This document shows, piece after piece, positions 26,282 to 36,643 of a DNA stretch of 64,000 bases. Below the pieces are notes generated by a model. It ran no database searches and had not been told where the DNA came from. It saw only the letters and a program-made list of their open reading frames with translations. The first letter of the stretch is position 1; each line of letters starts with the position of its first letter. The stretch covers positions 4,464 through 68,463 of the IMG/VR virus record IMGVR_UViG_3300013104_000005. One strand, 5' to 3'. Both the position numbers and the translations under genes were made by a program. The stretch comes from a virus.

Positions 26282-27067
26282 ATGCATCCGCTCGTTAAGG
26301 AGACCCTGGTTTACGCTGAAAAAGCCTCAGGTATCCGAGAGGTCGGAGACAACGGGGGACCAGAGGTTACCCAGTACCTTAAGACTACTGGCTTAGGGCC
26401 GGGTAACCCCTGGTGTATGGCTTTCTGTTTTGCCAAGCATCAGCAGGCAGCTAAGTTCCTCTCGCTGCCGACGGTCATCCCCTGCACAGCGTCGTGCGAG
26501 GTGGCGAGGGTCTACGCTCGGGAGCGTGGTTGGCTACGAGATTACCCCTCAGTGGGTGACCTGATGCTGAGGGTAGGCAAGATCGCGGGCGAGTTCAGGG
26601 CGCACCACGCTGGCCTGGTGCTCACCGTGACCCACGACACGTTTCACACGGTAGAGGGTAACACTAACAACTGGGGCGGGCGCGAGGGCGTGGGCGTGTT
26701 TGAGTTAGGTCACGCCGTTTCCTCGGCCTATGTGTTCGCGCACTGGGAGCTGGGCTGCAGCGCTCCCGGCGTGCCGTGGAGGTTGGTTGACACGAAGGGC
26801 AGGGACATGCAGGTGCCCATCATCCAGCTCAGCGGCGCTATACTTGCAGGTATCCGCGCTTTGGGTACTGTGGTAGGCTGCAAGGTAGGTTGGGTGCCTG
26901 AGAAGCAGTGCGCCACCTACAACGGTGGGGAGGTACCAGTACAGATCAGTTGGAGTAACGGGTCGACCTTCGCTCCTATCACAGAGCTCGCTCACGCTCT
27001 GGGGCTAACGGCACAGGTTGACGAGCAGGATCACATCATCAGGCTGAGCCGAGGAGCCAAGCCATGA
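26282..27067 (+). CDS. endolysin: CHAP domain plus copper-amine-oxidase-N-like domain
   Basis: GNPWCMAF, GDLML, HAGLV, TVEGNT; C-terminal IRALGTVVGCKVGW and FAPITELAHALG. Confidence 0.85.
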   Translation: MHPLVKETLVYAEKASGIREVGDNGGPEVTQYLKTTGLGPGNPWCMAFCFAKHQQAAKFLSLPTVIPCTASCEVARVYARERGWLRDYPSVGDLMLRVGKIAGEFRAHHAGLVLTVTHDTFHTVEGNTNNWGGREGVGVFELGHAVSSAYVFAHWELGCSAPGVPWRLVDTKGRDMQVPIIQLSGAILAGIRALGTVVGCKVGWVPEKQCATYNGGEVPVQISWSNGSTFAPITELAHALGLTAQVDEQDHIIRLSRGAKP

Positions 27068-27129
27068 AGTTAGGACCACTGACAGTCGATTACAGGCTGT
27101 CACTTTCACTCGCCGGGAGAGTTACCATC

Positions 27130-27717
27130 ATGTCAGATACACAGGGCACAGGCGCCGTCACGGGCGGCGCGAGCGGTGGCCAGCTGTCGGACCTCGACAG
27201 CAGCATTCAGGACCTGGTCTCGGTTGAGCAGCAGGTCGTCGACGGGGTGCACAGCGAGGTAAACGCGCTTGAAGCCGAGGTCGCTTCACTGCAGGCGCAG
27301 GCCGTAGCGCAGAACGTCAACTTCACCCCCAGGATCCAGGCACTTCAGACCATCACGCAGAACTTGCGCGGCCTGCTGCCACCGCCATCGCCTGTCGCTG
27401 GCGGTTCGACCGCGCCTCCTGAGGCCACGGGCGGCAACCCTCCTTCGGTCACGCCGGTCACGGGAGACACAGGCACCGGTGGGCCAGCGCCGACCAGCTC
27501 GCCCGCGCCGCCTGAAGCGACGGGCGGAACATCTACCCCAGCACCCGCGGACGCCAACGGCTCGACCGACGCTACCTCGAGCGGCACGGTGGCCGCCGTC
27601 CCTACGGACAGCGGCTCTACCGCGGCAGCGGCACCCGCCGACACCTCACTGGTTGACCAGGCGCCGGTTAGCGGCACACCCTCTGGTCAGGATACTGGCT
27701 CTACTACCGGGAGCTAA
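27130..27717 (+). CDS. coiled-coil protein with low-complexity tail
   Basis: Start MSDTQG with GGGAG SD. Confidence 0.6.
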   Translation: MSDTQGTGAVTGGASGGQLSDLDSSIQDLVSVEQQVVDGVHSEVNALEAEVASLQAQAVAQNVNFTPRIQALQTITQNLRGLLPPPSPVAGGSTAPPEATGGNPPSVTPVTGDTGTGGPAPTSSPAPPEATGGTSTPAPADANGSTDATSSGTVAAVPTDSGSTAAAAPADTSLVDQAPVSGTPSGQDTGSTTGS

Positions 27718-27885
27718 TCAGCCTCGAGTGATGATCGTCGCCGCCGATCGTCTCTCGAGCGAGGGGATGACTGCCTTCCCTCGGTTAAGCCGCGGCTAAA
27801 ACTTCTGGGCGGTGTTCCTCTTCCTCCTTACATCGCCCAGGAGTTGCACCTCATCACCTGTGATACATGATTACTGGAGGGTAGT

Positions 27886-28530
27886 ATGCGGTTTCAGCGG
27901 GTATCTTTGCTGTGGGGGACGGTTGACCAGCCCTTTCAGTGGGATGTGCTGAAGGAGCAGGCTGCCGTGATGGTCGCGTCGGGCGAACACCTGGACGAGG
28001 AGATCGCTGCCACGCTTGACATCAACCTCAGCACTCTTCAGGGTTGGCGTGCCAACAAGATCTTCTGGGGCCGGGTGCAGGAGACCATCAGGGAGTTCAG
28101 GGTAGCGATCCGCGAACACGGCATTGCTATCATGGAAAACCGGCTCAATCGCATGAACAATGACTGGCTGCAGATCCAGGAGATCATTCACGCTCGAGCG
28201 CAGGATAACGCAGCGAGGCACCCCACCGTGCCGGGCGCGGATACCGGCTTACTGGTCCGAGAGACTCGAGCGGTTGGTTCTGGCGCTAACCAGGTGGTAG
28301 AAGATTACTGGCGCTTGGACACCGCGTCGCTAAAGGAGCTGCGAGAGATGGAGGTGCAGGCTGCGAAGGAGATGGGCCAGTGGACCGAGAAGCATGACCT
28401 CACCTCTGGGGGCCAGGTCATCAACACCGTGGGCTATGTGGTCACGCCGCCTGCGGTCGAGCAGCCCACCGACGAGCAGCTGTCGTTTGAGGATAACACG
28501 TCACCCGAGCCGGAGTCAACCGATGAGTAG
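27886..28530 (+). CDS. terS: terminase small subunit
   Basis: N-terminal HTH (DEEIAATLDINLSTLQGW), C-terminal KHDLTSGG; directly upstream of TerL. Confidence 0.75.
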   Translation: MRFQRVSLLWGTVDQPFQWDVLKEQAAVMVASGEHLDEEIAATLDINLSTLQGWRANKIFWGRVQETIREFRVAIREHGIAIMENRLNRMNNDWLQIQEIIHARAQDNAARHPTVPGADTGLLVRETRAVGSGANQVVEDYWRLDTASLKELREMEVQAAKEMGQWTEKHDLTSGGQVINTVGYVVTPPAVEQPTDEQLSFEDNTSPEPESTDE

Positions 28531-28542
28531 GAGCGCGGTCGC

Positions 28543-29979
28543 ATGACTTTAGGCCTCGTCGAGCCACCACCTCCTTCGGTCATCGCTCGGCCTACCGACC
28601 TCGCTCGCCTCCGAGACGATGGCCAGATCGAGTTTACCCCACACCCTGGCCAGTGGCGAGCGTGGGAATCCGACGCTCGGTTCGTGTGCGTCTTGGCCGG
28701 CACGCAGGGTGGCAAGACCTCCTTCGGGCCTCACTGGTTGTACCGGGAGATCCAGCGCTGCGGTCCAGGTGACTACATCGTGGTCGCGCCGACTTACCCG
28801 ATGCTGAACCTCAAGCTGGTGCCTGAGTTTAAGCGCCTCTTTGAGCGGTGGCTACGCCTGGGCAAGATGAGCGCCGGCGCCACCATGCGGTTTGAGTTCT
28901 CCCCAGACGGCCAACGCAAGACATTCGGGCATTACAACCCAGATGTGCCTACCACCGTGATCTTCGGACACGCGATGCAGCCGGAGTCGCTCGAGTCCGC
29001 TACTTGTAAGGCAGCGTGGCTAGATGAGGCGGGACAGAAGCGGTTTAAGCTCGGGTCCTGGGATGCTATCCTACGTCGGCTTTCCCTCGCTACTCGCCAC
29101 GGCCAGGGACGCGTCCTCATCACCACCACGCCGTATGACCTCGGGTGGCTGAAGCAGCAGGTGTGGGACAAGTGGAAGCAGCAGGACCCTACCGCTACCA
29201 AGAAGGTCTACGACGTCATCCGGTTTGACAGCACCGAGAATCCCTCGTTCCCGCCTGAGGAGTTTGAAGACGCACGTCGCCGCATGCCGAAGTGGAAGTT
29301 TGACATGTTCTACCGCGCTATCTTCACGCGCCCAGCGGGCATGATCTACGACTCGTACATCGACGAGCTGGCACCTAACGGGCACCTGGTGCCTCGGTTC
29401 ACGATCCCAGACCACTGGCCTCGCTATGCCGGCATCGACTTTGGCGGCGTGAACACCGCAGCGTGTCTCTACGCGCGTGAGACTATCATCGAGCAGGCTG
29501 AGAAGCCGAGCATGCGCGGTTGGGTCGTGCAGCGCCCCGCTGGCCGCCCCAGGTCACTCGACATGGGCAGGTACTTTCTCTACCGCACCTATAAGGCAGG
29601 CTCGCGAGCTATCGAGGTACATGCTAAGGCCATCAAGCACGGTGAGCCGATGGTGCCTACTGCCGTAGGCGGTTCTAAGTCTGAAGGTCAGTGGCGCATC
29701 CAGTTTGCTTCAGCAGGTCTGCCTGTGGCTTCGCCGGTCATTAACGAGGTAGAGGTAGGGATCGGCTTAGTCTACGGCATGCACGCTGAGAACCGCATCA
29801 TGGTCTTCGATGACCTTCAGGAGTACCGCGAAGAAAAGACCACCTACTCGAGGGAAGTTGACGATCAGGGTGAACCTACCGAGAAGATAGAGGACAAGTC
29901 AACCTATCACCATATGGACGCCGAGCGGTACATCATGGGCTTCCTGGCCGGTTACGACTCTACACCGCAGGTAATCTGA
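28543..29979 (+). CDS. terL: terminase large subunit
   Basis: PHPGQ, AGTQGGKT, WLDEAG, ITTTP, GIDFG, HHMDAERY. Confidence 0.93.
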   Translation: MTLGLVEPPPPSVIARPTDLARLRDDGQIEFTPHPGQWRAWESDARFVCVLAGTQGGKTSFGPHWLYREIQRCGPGDYIVVAPTYPMLNLKLVPEFKRLFERWLRLGKMSAGATMRFEFSPDGQRKTFGHYNPDVPTTVIFGHAMQPESLESATCKAAWLDEAGQKRFKLGSWDAILRRLSLATRHGQGRVLITTTPYDLGWLKQQVWDKWKQQDPTATKKVYDVIRFDSTENPSFPPEEFEDARRRMPKWKFDMFYRAIFTRPAGMIYDSYIDELAPNGHLVPRFTIPDHWPRYAGIDFGGVNTAACLYARETIIEQAEKPSMRGWVVQRPAGRPRSLDMGRYFLYRTYKAGSRAIEVHAKAIKHGEPMVPTAVGGSKSEGQWRIQFASAGLPVASPVINEVEVGIGLVYGMHAENRIMVFDDLQEYREEKTTYSREVDDQGEPTEKIEDKSTYHHMDAERYIMGFLAGYDSTPQVI

Positions 29980-29988
29980 CGGGAGGTA

Positions 29989-31461
29989 GTGATGCCTGAG
30001 CAGTCTCCACAGCTGGTACCTTTTGAATATAAGCCCGGCTTTCGCGAGCGGCTCAAGCTCTTCTTGAAGGGTGCGCCCTTCGCTACCGGCGGCACCTCAT
30101 GGGGCGGGTTTACCAACTCGTTGTGGTCACTGTTGCCCGGTACTAACTTTGACTACATGCGGGAGGTGGGTAACCTTTGGCAGAACTCTATCGTGCAGAC
30201 CTGCCTCTCGTGGCAGTGTCGCACCTTCTCGGAGGCTCCGCCGGTCGTGCGGCGACAGTACCGAGACGCTTCGGGCGACCTGAAGTGGCAGATCGTCGAT
30301 GACCATCCCCTCACGCGGCTTTGGCTGCGGCCCAACGACTGGTTTGACGAGACACAGCTGCAAGACGCTACGCTCCTCTCGGGCATGATGGGCGGCAACT
30401 GTTACATCGAGAAGCTGCGAGCCACAGACGGCACACTCAACGGCCTGAACTGGTTGCCTTACTGGCTGGTTGAGCCTCGCTGGGACACGGCGGGTAAGCA
30501 GTTCATCACGGCCTACGAGTACAAGCCCGGCAACGTGCCCATCTATATCGACCCTGTCAACATGATACACATCCGGTTTGGTCCGCCGGACCCAGACAAC
30601 ATTCGCAAGGCCTTAGGGCCCCTTGACTCGGTGTTCCGAGAGATCGCGCTTGACAATTCTAGCAGCACGATGGTAGCGTCGCTAGCGAGGAATGTAGGCG
30701 TGCCGGGCGTGGTCATCATGCCGAAGGTTGATGGCGTGAAGTGGTCTGAGGAGCGGGCGAAGGACATGAAGGCCGAATACATGGCTCGCTTCGGCGGCGA
30801 CAAGATGGGCGAGCCCTACGTGCTCACCACCGCTGTAGACATGAAGAACATCGCGTGGTCACCTACCGAGATGAACCTCGAGGCCTTGCGCCGCTTGCCC
30901 GAGGCCAGGGTCTGCTCTAACCTCGGCATCGCGCCGGTGGTCCTTTACCTGCAGGTCGGGATGGATAAGAGCACCTATAACAACGTCAAAATGGCCTACG
31001 ACGCTGCGTGGCACTCGAACATCATCCCTACCCAGCGGCGCATCGCCTCCGCCATTAACCGTCAGCTGCTGTGGGAGCTGGGTAACCCGAAGCGAGAGAA
31101 GTTTGGCTATGACCTGAGCCAGGTCTACTACCTGCAGCAGGACCAAACAGACCTCGCCAACCGCGTCGCGACCCTCTACAATTCTGGCATCATCATGCGG
31201 TCCCAAGCCCTCGAGATGCTCGATCTGCCGTTCACCGAAGCAGACCATATCTACAAGACCGACATCGTGGCGGCTGGTAGCGGTCAGGGTGAGCAGCCTA
31301 ACCTGGGCAACAGTCGCAACCCGATGCCTTCGCTGGATGACCCGAACGATAAGCACTGGGACCTGGTAGTCAGGGACATCGCCCGGCACTTTGAACTGCC
31401 CATCGAGGAGGTCACGGGTTACGCTCGCCAGGCGCGTGCCACAGCCGCGCTTGTCTCGTAG
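29989..31461 (+). CDS. portal protein (HK97-like)
   Basis: HPLTRLWLRPN, GNCYIEK, MIHIR, STYNN; follows TerL. Confidence 0.9.
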   Translation: MMPEQSPQLVPFEYKPGFRERLKLFLKGAPFATGGTSWGGFTNSLWSLLPGTNFDYMREVGNLWQNSIVQTCLSWQCRTFSEAPPVVRRQYRDASGDLKWQIVDDHPLTRLWLRPNDWFDETQLQDATLLSGMMGGNCYIEKLRATDGTLNGLNWLPYWLVEPRWDTAGKQFITAYEYKPGNVPIYIDPVNMIHIRFGPPDPDNIRKALGPLDSVFREIALDNSSSTMVASLARNVGVPGVVIMPKVDGVKWSEERAKDMKAEYMARFGGDKMGEPYVLTTAVDMKNIAWSPTEMNLEALRRLPEARVCSNLGIAPVVLYLQVGMDKSTYNNVKMAYDAAWHSNIIPTQRRIASAINRQLLWELGNPKREKFGYDLSQVYYLQQDQTDLANRVATLYNSGIIMRSQALEMLDLPFTEADHIYKTDIVAAGSGQGEQPNLGNSRNPMPSLDDPNDKHWDLVVRDIARHFELPIEEVTGYARQARATAALVS

Positions 31462-31492
31462 CACGCCGCCCCAAAATACTTTTGCGTAGGGG

Positions 31493-31522
31493 TTGACAAG
31501 CGTATCACTCTTGTGATACGAT
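31493..31522 (+). promoter_or_regulatory. sigma70-type promoter TTGACA-18-TACGAT with extended -10
   Basis: Upstream of the protease and capsid genes. Confidence 0.6.
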
Positions 31523-31560
31523 ATATCTTAGTTCACCGTAACACCTGGAGAGGAACTGCC

Positions 31561-32502
31561 ATGCTGTTTAAGAATGTCTTCGGTGACGCACCTGCCACCC
31601 TCAAGGGCGAAGACGACAACCCAGAGGAGTGGGGGTTTCAGGGCCACGGCGCAGCTTTTGGCAACTTGGACCGAGTCGGTGATGTTATCGCGCCCGGTGC
31701 GTTTGATAAGGCGATTCCCTGGTTTAAGGATAACGGGATCATCGCTAACCAGCACCGTTGGTTTGAGCCCATCGGGGCACCCATCGAGGCTTATCAGGAC
31801 GGCAAGGGACTCTTCCTGGACGCGTCTATCGCTCCTACCGCATTGGGCAAGGACGTGCGGACGCTCATGCAGAAGAAGGTCCTGAAGACCCTCTCCATCG
31901 GTTATGACGTCGAGGAGGCAGAGCCGTGGTCGGTTGACCTCCTTCGCAAGACCATCGGCGAGCAACAGTTTGCCAGCCTCACTGCACCGCAGCTGGAGAA
32001 GACCTTGCTGTGGGGCCGGCTAATCAAGACCATCTTTCCGCTCTACGAGGTATCTCCGGTGTCCATCGCCGCTAACGGCGAGGCGGGTATCACCGGTGTG
32101 AAGGGTATCTTCGACGAGTCGGTGGACAACCCCTTCGGCCTGCGTGCAGGCCTGAAGCTGCAGGACAATGAAGAGGCGGTGCGTGCTACCGTCATCGAAT
32201 GCTCCAAACTGGCTAAGCGGTGGGTTGACCTCGCTATGCAGTGTGAAAAGAAGGAGGGACGACCCCTCTCGGAGGCGCGTCGAGCTCGACTACGATCCAT
32301 GGTGGACTGCATTCACGAAGCTCATGGTTCGCTGAAGGGCGTGGCTACAGACCTGGAAGGCCTGTTGGCTGAGACCGCGCCAGAAGATAACGAGGGCAAG
32401 TCACTCATCACCGACACTGAGGCCGATGCGTTACTTAACCAGCACATCGCTATTCAGGCCAAGTTGTATGGCCTGAATTATTCAACTTCCAGGAGTAACT
32501 GA
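31561..32502 (+). CDS. HK97-family prohead protease
   Basis: FGNLDRVGDVIAPGAF, QH, LSIGY, LYEVSPVSIAAN. Confidence 0.9.
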   Translation: MLFKNVFGDAPATLKGEDDNPEEWGFQGHGAAFGNLDRVGDVIAPGAFDKAIPWFKDNGIIANQHRWFEPIGAPIEAYQDGKGLFLDASIAPTALGKDVRTLMQKKVLKTLSIGYDVEEAEPWSVDLLRKTIGEQQFASLTAPQLEKTLLWGRLIKTIFPLYEVSPVSIAANGEAGITGVKGIFDESVDNPFGLRAGLKLQDNEEAVRATVIECSKLAKRWVDLAMQCEKKEGRPLSEARRARLRSMVDCIHEAHGSLKGVATDLEGLLAETAPEDNEGKSLITDTEADALLNQHIAIQAKLYGLNYSTSRSN

Positions 32503-33824
32503 TGGCAGAAAAGGTAGAGCTTACCGCTGAACAGAAAGCCATGTCATGGCAGGGTGTTCAGGAGCTGGTCACGGTCAAGAACACGGAGCTGAAGGACTTC
32601 CTTGCCAAGTTCGACAAGGACGGCAGGCTCGAGGGCATGACCGCTGAAGATCGCCGAGAAGCTGAGAAGCGGATGGGTGAGATCGACGCGCTCGGAGCTG
32701 ACCGCGACGAGAAGCGAGCGGTTGACGAGAACTTCCGGCGGGTGCAGAAGGAGATGCGAGACAGAGGGTACACCAACAACGGTGACCCTTCGCCCTTTCC
32801 CGGTACCCCGCCACCCGCTGCGGGTCAGCAGATCCAGGCGTATAAGTCCATCGGGCAGCACTTCGTAGAGGCTGCCGAGTACCGCGAGAAGGGCGCGACC
32901 TGGCGCAAGGGCCAGACGCTCTCTATCGCGTTTGAGGACGCCGATCCCCAGCAGGTGATGGACACGCGGTATTACAAGGCTACCCTCTCTGAGGGCGCCG
33001 GGTTCCCGCCGTTTGTGCCCCGAGGTCCTCGGATCGAGATGATCCCGCAGCGCCGACCGGTCGTCGCTGACCTCATTCCCCAGGACACCACCACGGTCAC
33101 GGCCATCAAGTACATGCAGCAAACGGTCTTCACCAACGCGGCCGATGTGGTTGCCGAGGGCGGCGTGAAGCCAGAGGCCGCGCTGCAGTGGGTTGAGGTG
33201 ACGGTCACGATGGAGAAGATCGCCGTCCTCATCCCCATCACCGACGAGCAGCTCGCCGACGTGCCGCAGGTTCGGTCGCTGGTCGACAACCAGATGACCC
33301 TGATGATTAAGCTGAAGGAAGAGGACGAACTGCTCAACGGTTCGGGCGTCTCGCCGCACATCTTCGGCTTCTTCAACAAGCCCGGCATTCAGACCCAGGC
33401 CGCAGGCTCTGAGCCAGTGCCTGACACCATCTATCGGGCGATGACCGCCGTGCGGTGGACAGGCTACGCCGAGCCGTCGGGCGTTATCATGAACCCGACA
33501 GATTGGATGGGTATTCGCTTGCTTCGGACCGCTGACGGCCTCTACATCTGGGGTTCGCCCTCCGACGACGGGCCCGAGCGGGTGTGGGGCATGACCGTGG
33601 TTCCCACCAACGCGATGGCGCAGGGAACCATGCTCACCGGTGACTTCCCGATGTATTCGCACATCAGCCGCCGGCAAGGGATCACGATCGACGTCAGCAA
33701 CTCGCACGCTGACTACTTCGGAAAGAACTTGCAGGCGATCCGAGCAGAGGAGCGGTTCTCCCTGGAGATCTACCGCGCCTCGGCTTTCTGCCAGATCACC
33801 GGAGTTCCGGCGCCTGCGCCGTAA
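32502..33824 (+). CDS. major capsid protein (HK97 fold)
   Basis: VAEGGVKPE, KIAVLIPITDEQLAD, LLNGSG, IRAEERF; N-terminal delta domain. Confidence 0.95.
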   Translation: MAEKVELTAEQKAMSWQGVQELVTVKNTELKDFLAKFDKDGRLEGMTAEDRREAEKRMGEIDALGADRDEKRAVDENFRRVQKEMRDRGYTNNGDPSPFPGTPPPAAGQQIQAYKSIGQHFVEAAEYREKGATWRKGQTLSIAFEDADPQQVMDTRYYKATLSEGAGFPPFVPRGPRIEMIPQRRPVVADLIPQDTTTVTAIKYMQQTVFTNAADVVAEGGVKPEAALQWVEVTVTMEKIAVLIPITDEQLADVPQVRSLVDNQMTLMIKLKEEDELLNGSGVSPHIFGFFNKPGIQTQAAGSEPVPDTIYRAMTAVRWTGYAEPSGVIMNPTDWMGIRLLRTADGLYIWGSPSDDGPERVWGMTVVPTNAMAQGTMLTGDFPMYSHISRRQGITIDVSNSHADYFGKNLQAIRAEERFSLEIYRASAFCQITGVPAPAP

Positions 33825-33833
33825 GGGGAAACA

Positions 33834-34358
33834 ATGGCACATCGGACACTATTGGTGGGAGGCCAGGTGGTGCCCGGGTCAGGGCAAGGTGACCCCTTGC
33901 TCTGGCACGGCGTACCTAACGCTGCAAGCGCTGGCACCGCTGCTATTTTCACGCTGCACTCGACAGCTACAGGAGGCACCATCAATGTGGCAGTTGACGG
34001 CGTAACCGTCGCCACGTTGTTTGACGCCCACCTGGGAACGGCCGCCGACCTACAGGCGGCTATCAACGCTGACCTGGGCGCAGGGTACGCTACGGTCGGC
34101 GGCGGTCCATTTGGGACCGCTGACCTCACCGTGACGTTCCCGAACACCGGAGTGCATACTGTTACGGTTGACCCTGCCAACGCGGTGGGCGGCACCGTGA
34201 CCTCGACCAACTCTACAGCGGCCGTGGCCGCCGTCCCAGCGCCCTACACCAACCGGGCTGCTAAGGGCGCGCTGCTCGCTGACGTAGACAACGGCACGTT
34301 CTACGTCAACACCGGGACCCTCACAGCACCGGTGTGGACGGGAGTGACCATCCCCTAA
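33834..34358 (+). CDS. putative capsid decoration protein
   Basis: Ala/Gly/Thr-rich; directly after the major capsid gene. Confidence 0.55.
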   Translation: MAHRTLLVGGQVVPGSGQGDPLLWHGVPNAASAGTAAIFTLHSTATGGTINVAVDGVTVATLFDAHLGTAADLQAAINADLGAGYATVGGGPFGTADLTVTFPNTGVHTVTVDPANAVGGTVTSTNSTAAVAAVPAPYTNRAAKGALLADVDNGTFYVNTGTLTAPVWTGVTIP

Positions 34359-34367
34359 CGATGGTGC

Positions 34368-34412
34368 ACCCTCATAGGGGCGATCCCCTCGCGGCATCGC
34401 CCCTATGAGGGT
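34368..34412 (+). other. perfect 17-bp stem hairpin after the capsid genes
   Basis: ACCCTCATAGGGGCGAT/ATCGCCCCTATGAGGGT; no U-tract. Confidence 0.75.
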
Positions 34413-34454
34413 CAATCAGGATGAATACTAGGCATGCTAGGTTCATTTAGGCGT

Positions 34455-34503
34455 GATCTATCGGAAGAAGGGGATGAATCCCCCAGGGAGGATTGGATTA
34501 GAT
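34455..34503 (-). repeat. dispersed ~50-bp element, copy C
   Basis: Minus strand ATCTAATCCAAT...ATTCATCCCCT...GATAGATC. Confidence 0.55.
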
Positions 34504-35062
34504 GATAGCAGACCGGCACATCTACGTCGACGCAACTAAGACGCGCGCGGTAGAGCAGGGTGACCCCGACGCGGTATACCTTCTCGCGGCACCGGGCCAT
34601 GAGGTGGACGAGCGCGTTGTTGAGCAGTATGGTTTGACCTCGAGCGCTGAGAAGCTCGAGGACGTCATCGCGCCGAAGGACCCGGCTCACCCGCGTAACA
34701 AGGTGAACCTTCCGGGCGCGGTGCGCTTCGGCGGCAGCGACTACAAGGGCTCTGATCCGACGGCCGGCGCCCTCGCAGACCAGGGTCGTGACCACCTGGA
34801 GTTCAACGCTGGCCGCCAGCCGGTGAAGAACTCGACCCAGGCTCGCGCCGACGCCGCGACACTCGACGCTACCGGACGCGATCCCGAGACCGTTCGCAAC
34901 GACAAGGCGCTCACCGGACCCGGCGAGAACAAGGCCATCACGGGTCCCGAGGAGAACAAGACCGTTACCAAGACACCGCCGGCGCCGACGACACCTACGC
35001 CTCCGGCGAGCACAGGTGCGGTGCCGGTGGTACCTTCCGCTGATAACAAGGCGGCAGCGTAA
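34502..35062 (+). CDS. hypothetical protein (head region)
   Basis: 186-aa ORF coupled to the next gene. Confidence 0.6.
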   Translation: MIADRHIYVDATKTRAVEQGDPDAVYLLAAPGHEVDERVVEQYGLTSSAEKLEDVIAPKDPAHPRNKVNLPGAVRFGGSDYKGSDPTAGALADQGRDHLEFNAGRQPVKNSTQARADAATLDATGRDPETVRNDKALTGPGENKAITGPEENKTVTKTPPAPTTPTPPASTGAVPVVPSADNKAAA

Positions 35063-35835
35063 TGCCCAAGTCGGCGTGGCCTACGCTCGACGACCTGAAG
35101 CAGAGGTTAAGCTCTGCGTCGATCCCCTTTGGGACCACCGCAGACGCTAACTCAGACGACGCTACACTTTCGTCTCACCTGGCTAAGGCCATCGCCGACT
35201 TTGGCAATGACACGGAGCAGCGGCCCTTCCTGAACACGGGAGGGGCCAAGCTTACCCACCGTTTTTTTGACCCGCCGGGCGCCCCGTACGCCCACGCTCA
35301 CAGCTGGGCGCTGCGCGGCGGTAACCTCATCTTATCACTCGAGGCTGGACTGCTTGGGTCAGGACACTCTGCGGACGACGGTAGCTATGTCATCGTTGAC
35401 CCTACGCTCTCCGTCACTGGCCTGGGCTGGACACCCGGTGTGCAGTATTGGCTGAGGCCTACCGACGCTTTTAACAAGAACAAACCTTATACCCACGTAG
35501 AGTTCTCTTATTCGCCGATGGGGTTGCCCGAGTGCATCGACATCTACGGCGCGTGGGGTTACTGTGCTATCTTAATGGACGACGTCTGGGACGGTGTCTT
35601 ATCTTACGCGGCCTACCTCTGCATCCCCGAGACTGCCGCCAGGAGGACTGGTGGTACCATCCAGCGCCAGTCTGGCGTCACGATGGAGCGGTTCGCTGCA
35701 GGGCGAGGAGCTGGCGGTAACACTGGCACCTTGCCAGGTGCAGGATCTGGAGCTTGGTCTTTTGAAGCAGAGTTGTGGCAACAGTCTTACTCTATCGCGG
35801 TAGATAACAACACGCGGCGACCGATAGGCGTCTGA
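35062..35835 (+). CDS. head-tail adaptor
   Basis: WPTLDDLKQRL N-terminus, GAWGY; position. Confidence 0.65.
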   Translation: MPKSAWPTLDDLKQRLSSASIPFGTTADANSDDATLSSHLAKAIADFGNDTEQRPFLNTGGAKLTHRFFDPPGAPYAHAHSWALRGGNLILSLEAGLLGSGHSADDGSYVIVDPTLSVTGLGWTPGVQYWLRPTDAFNKNKPYTHVEFSYSPMGLPECIDIYGAWGYCAILMDDVWDGVLSYAAYLCIPETAARRTGGTIQRQSGVTMERFAAGRGAGGNTGTLPGAGSGAWSFEAELWQQSYSIAVDNNTRRPIGV

Positions 35836-36179
35836 TGACCTACGTCTTGCAGCACCCTGAACCAGTAGAGATCTACAAGGAAGGCAGGGCAGAGACCGCC
35901 TCTGGCGGTGAGGCGCTGACGAAGGTGGTCATCGCCGACACGCTAGCCGACATCACCGAGTTAAGTCTTACGAGTAACGTAGAACAGCGGTCAGAGACGC
36001 CCATCGGCGTGAGTACCACCGACCAACGCATCTTCATCTTTACCGAACCATACCCAGCAGTAAAGGTAGGACATTGGATTACGCGGGTCAATACCGGAGA
36101 TGTTTACCAGGTGCTTTACCTCTTCGAGTCGACGTTTAACTTTCAGCTTCAGGCTCGCCTGAAGCGGCAGGGCGACTGA
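35835..36179 (+). CDS. head closure (stopper) protein
   Basis: Size and synteny. Confidence 0.55.
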   Translation: MTYVLQHPEPVEIYKEGRAETASGGEALTKVVIADTLADITELSLTSNVEQRSETPIGVSTTDQRIFIFTEPYPAVKVGHWITRVNTGDVYQVLYLFESTFNFQLQARLKRQGD

Positions 36180-36643
36180 TGCCATCAGTAGCATGGAACA
36201 GGTCAATTCTTACCGAGCTGCGGCGCTCTAACGTGCGCCTGCAGCGCGACCTCACGCGCGGCTGTCAGGTCATCGCAGAGCTGCTGCAGCGCTACGCTGA
36301 AGAACATCACGGCAATGTCTTTAACCCGGCTAAGACGGTCTACCCTGAGCCCGGCCAAAAGTTTGAGCGGCCCGAGGGCATCGGCTGGTTAGACGTCACC
36401 GGACGCACGCAAGCCGGCACGCACGCTTATGTCGACACGCATGATAGGGACCATATCACGGTCATCCTCACCGCCGAGACAGACTACGCTAAGTTCATCG
36501 AGTTAGCGCAGGATGGCAAGTGGGCGTGGCTCTGGCCGGCCATTCACGAGAACCGCAAGGTGATCCGTAACTTGCTGGTGCAGTTTGGGCGGCAGTCTCT
36601 CAGCATCAGGGTCCCGATCTTAGGAGACGCTCATGGCCCCTAA
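36179..36643 (+). CDS. HK97 gp10-like neck protein
   Basis: DVTGRTQAG, YAKFIE, WLWPA; synteny. Confidence 0.6.
   Translation: MPSVAWNRSILTELRRSNVRLQRDLTRGCQVIAELLQRYAEEHHGNVFNPAKTVYPEPGQKFERPEGIGWLDVTGRTQAGTHAYVDTHDRDHITVILTAETDYAKFIELAQDGKWAWLWPAIHENRKVIRNLLVQFGRQSLSIRVPILGDAHGP

Noticed and set aside
32544-33842. 432-aa antisense ORF opposite the capsid gene, and similar shadow ORFs
   Set aside because: Typical antisense open frame caused by high-GC codon bias.
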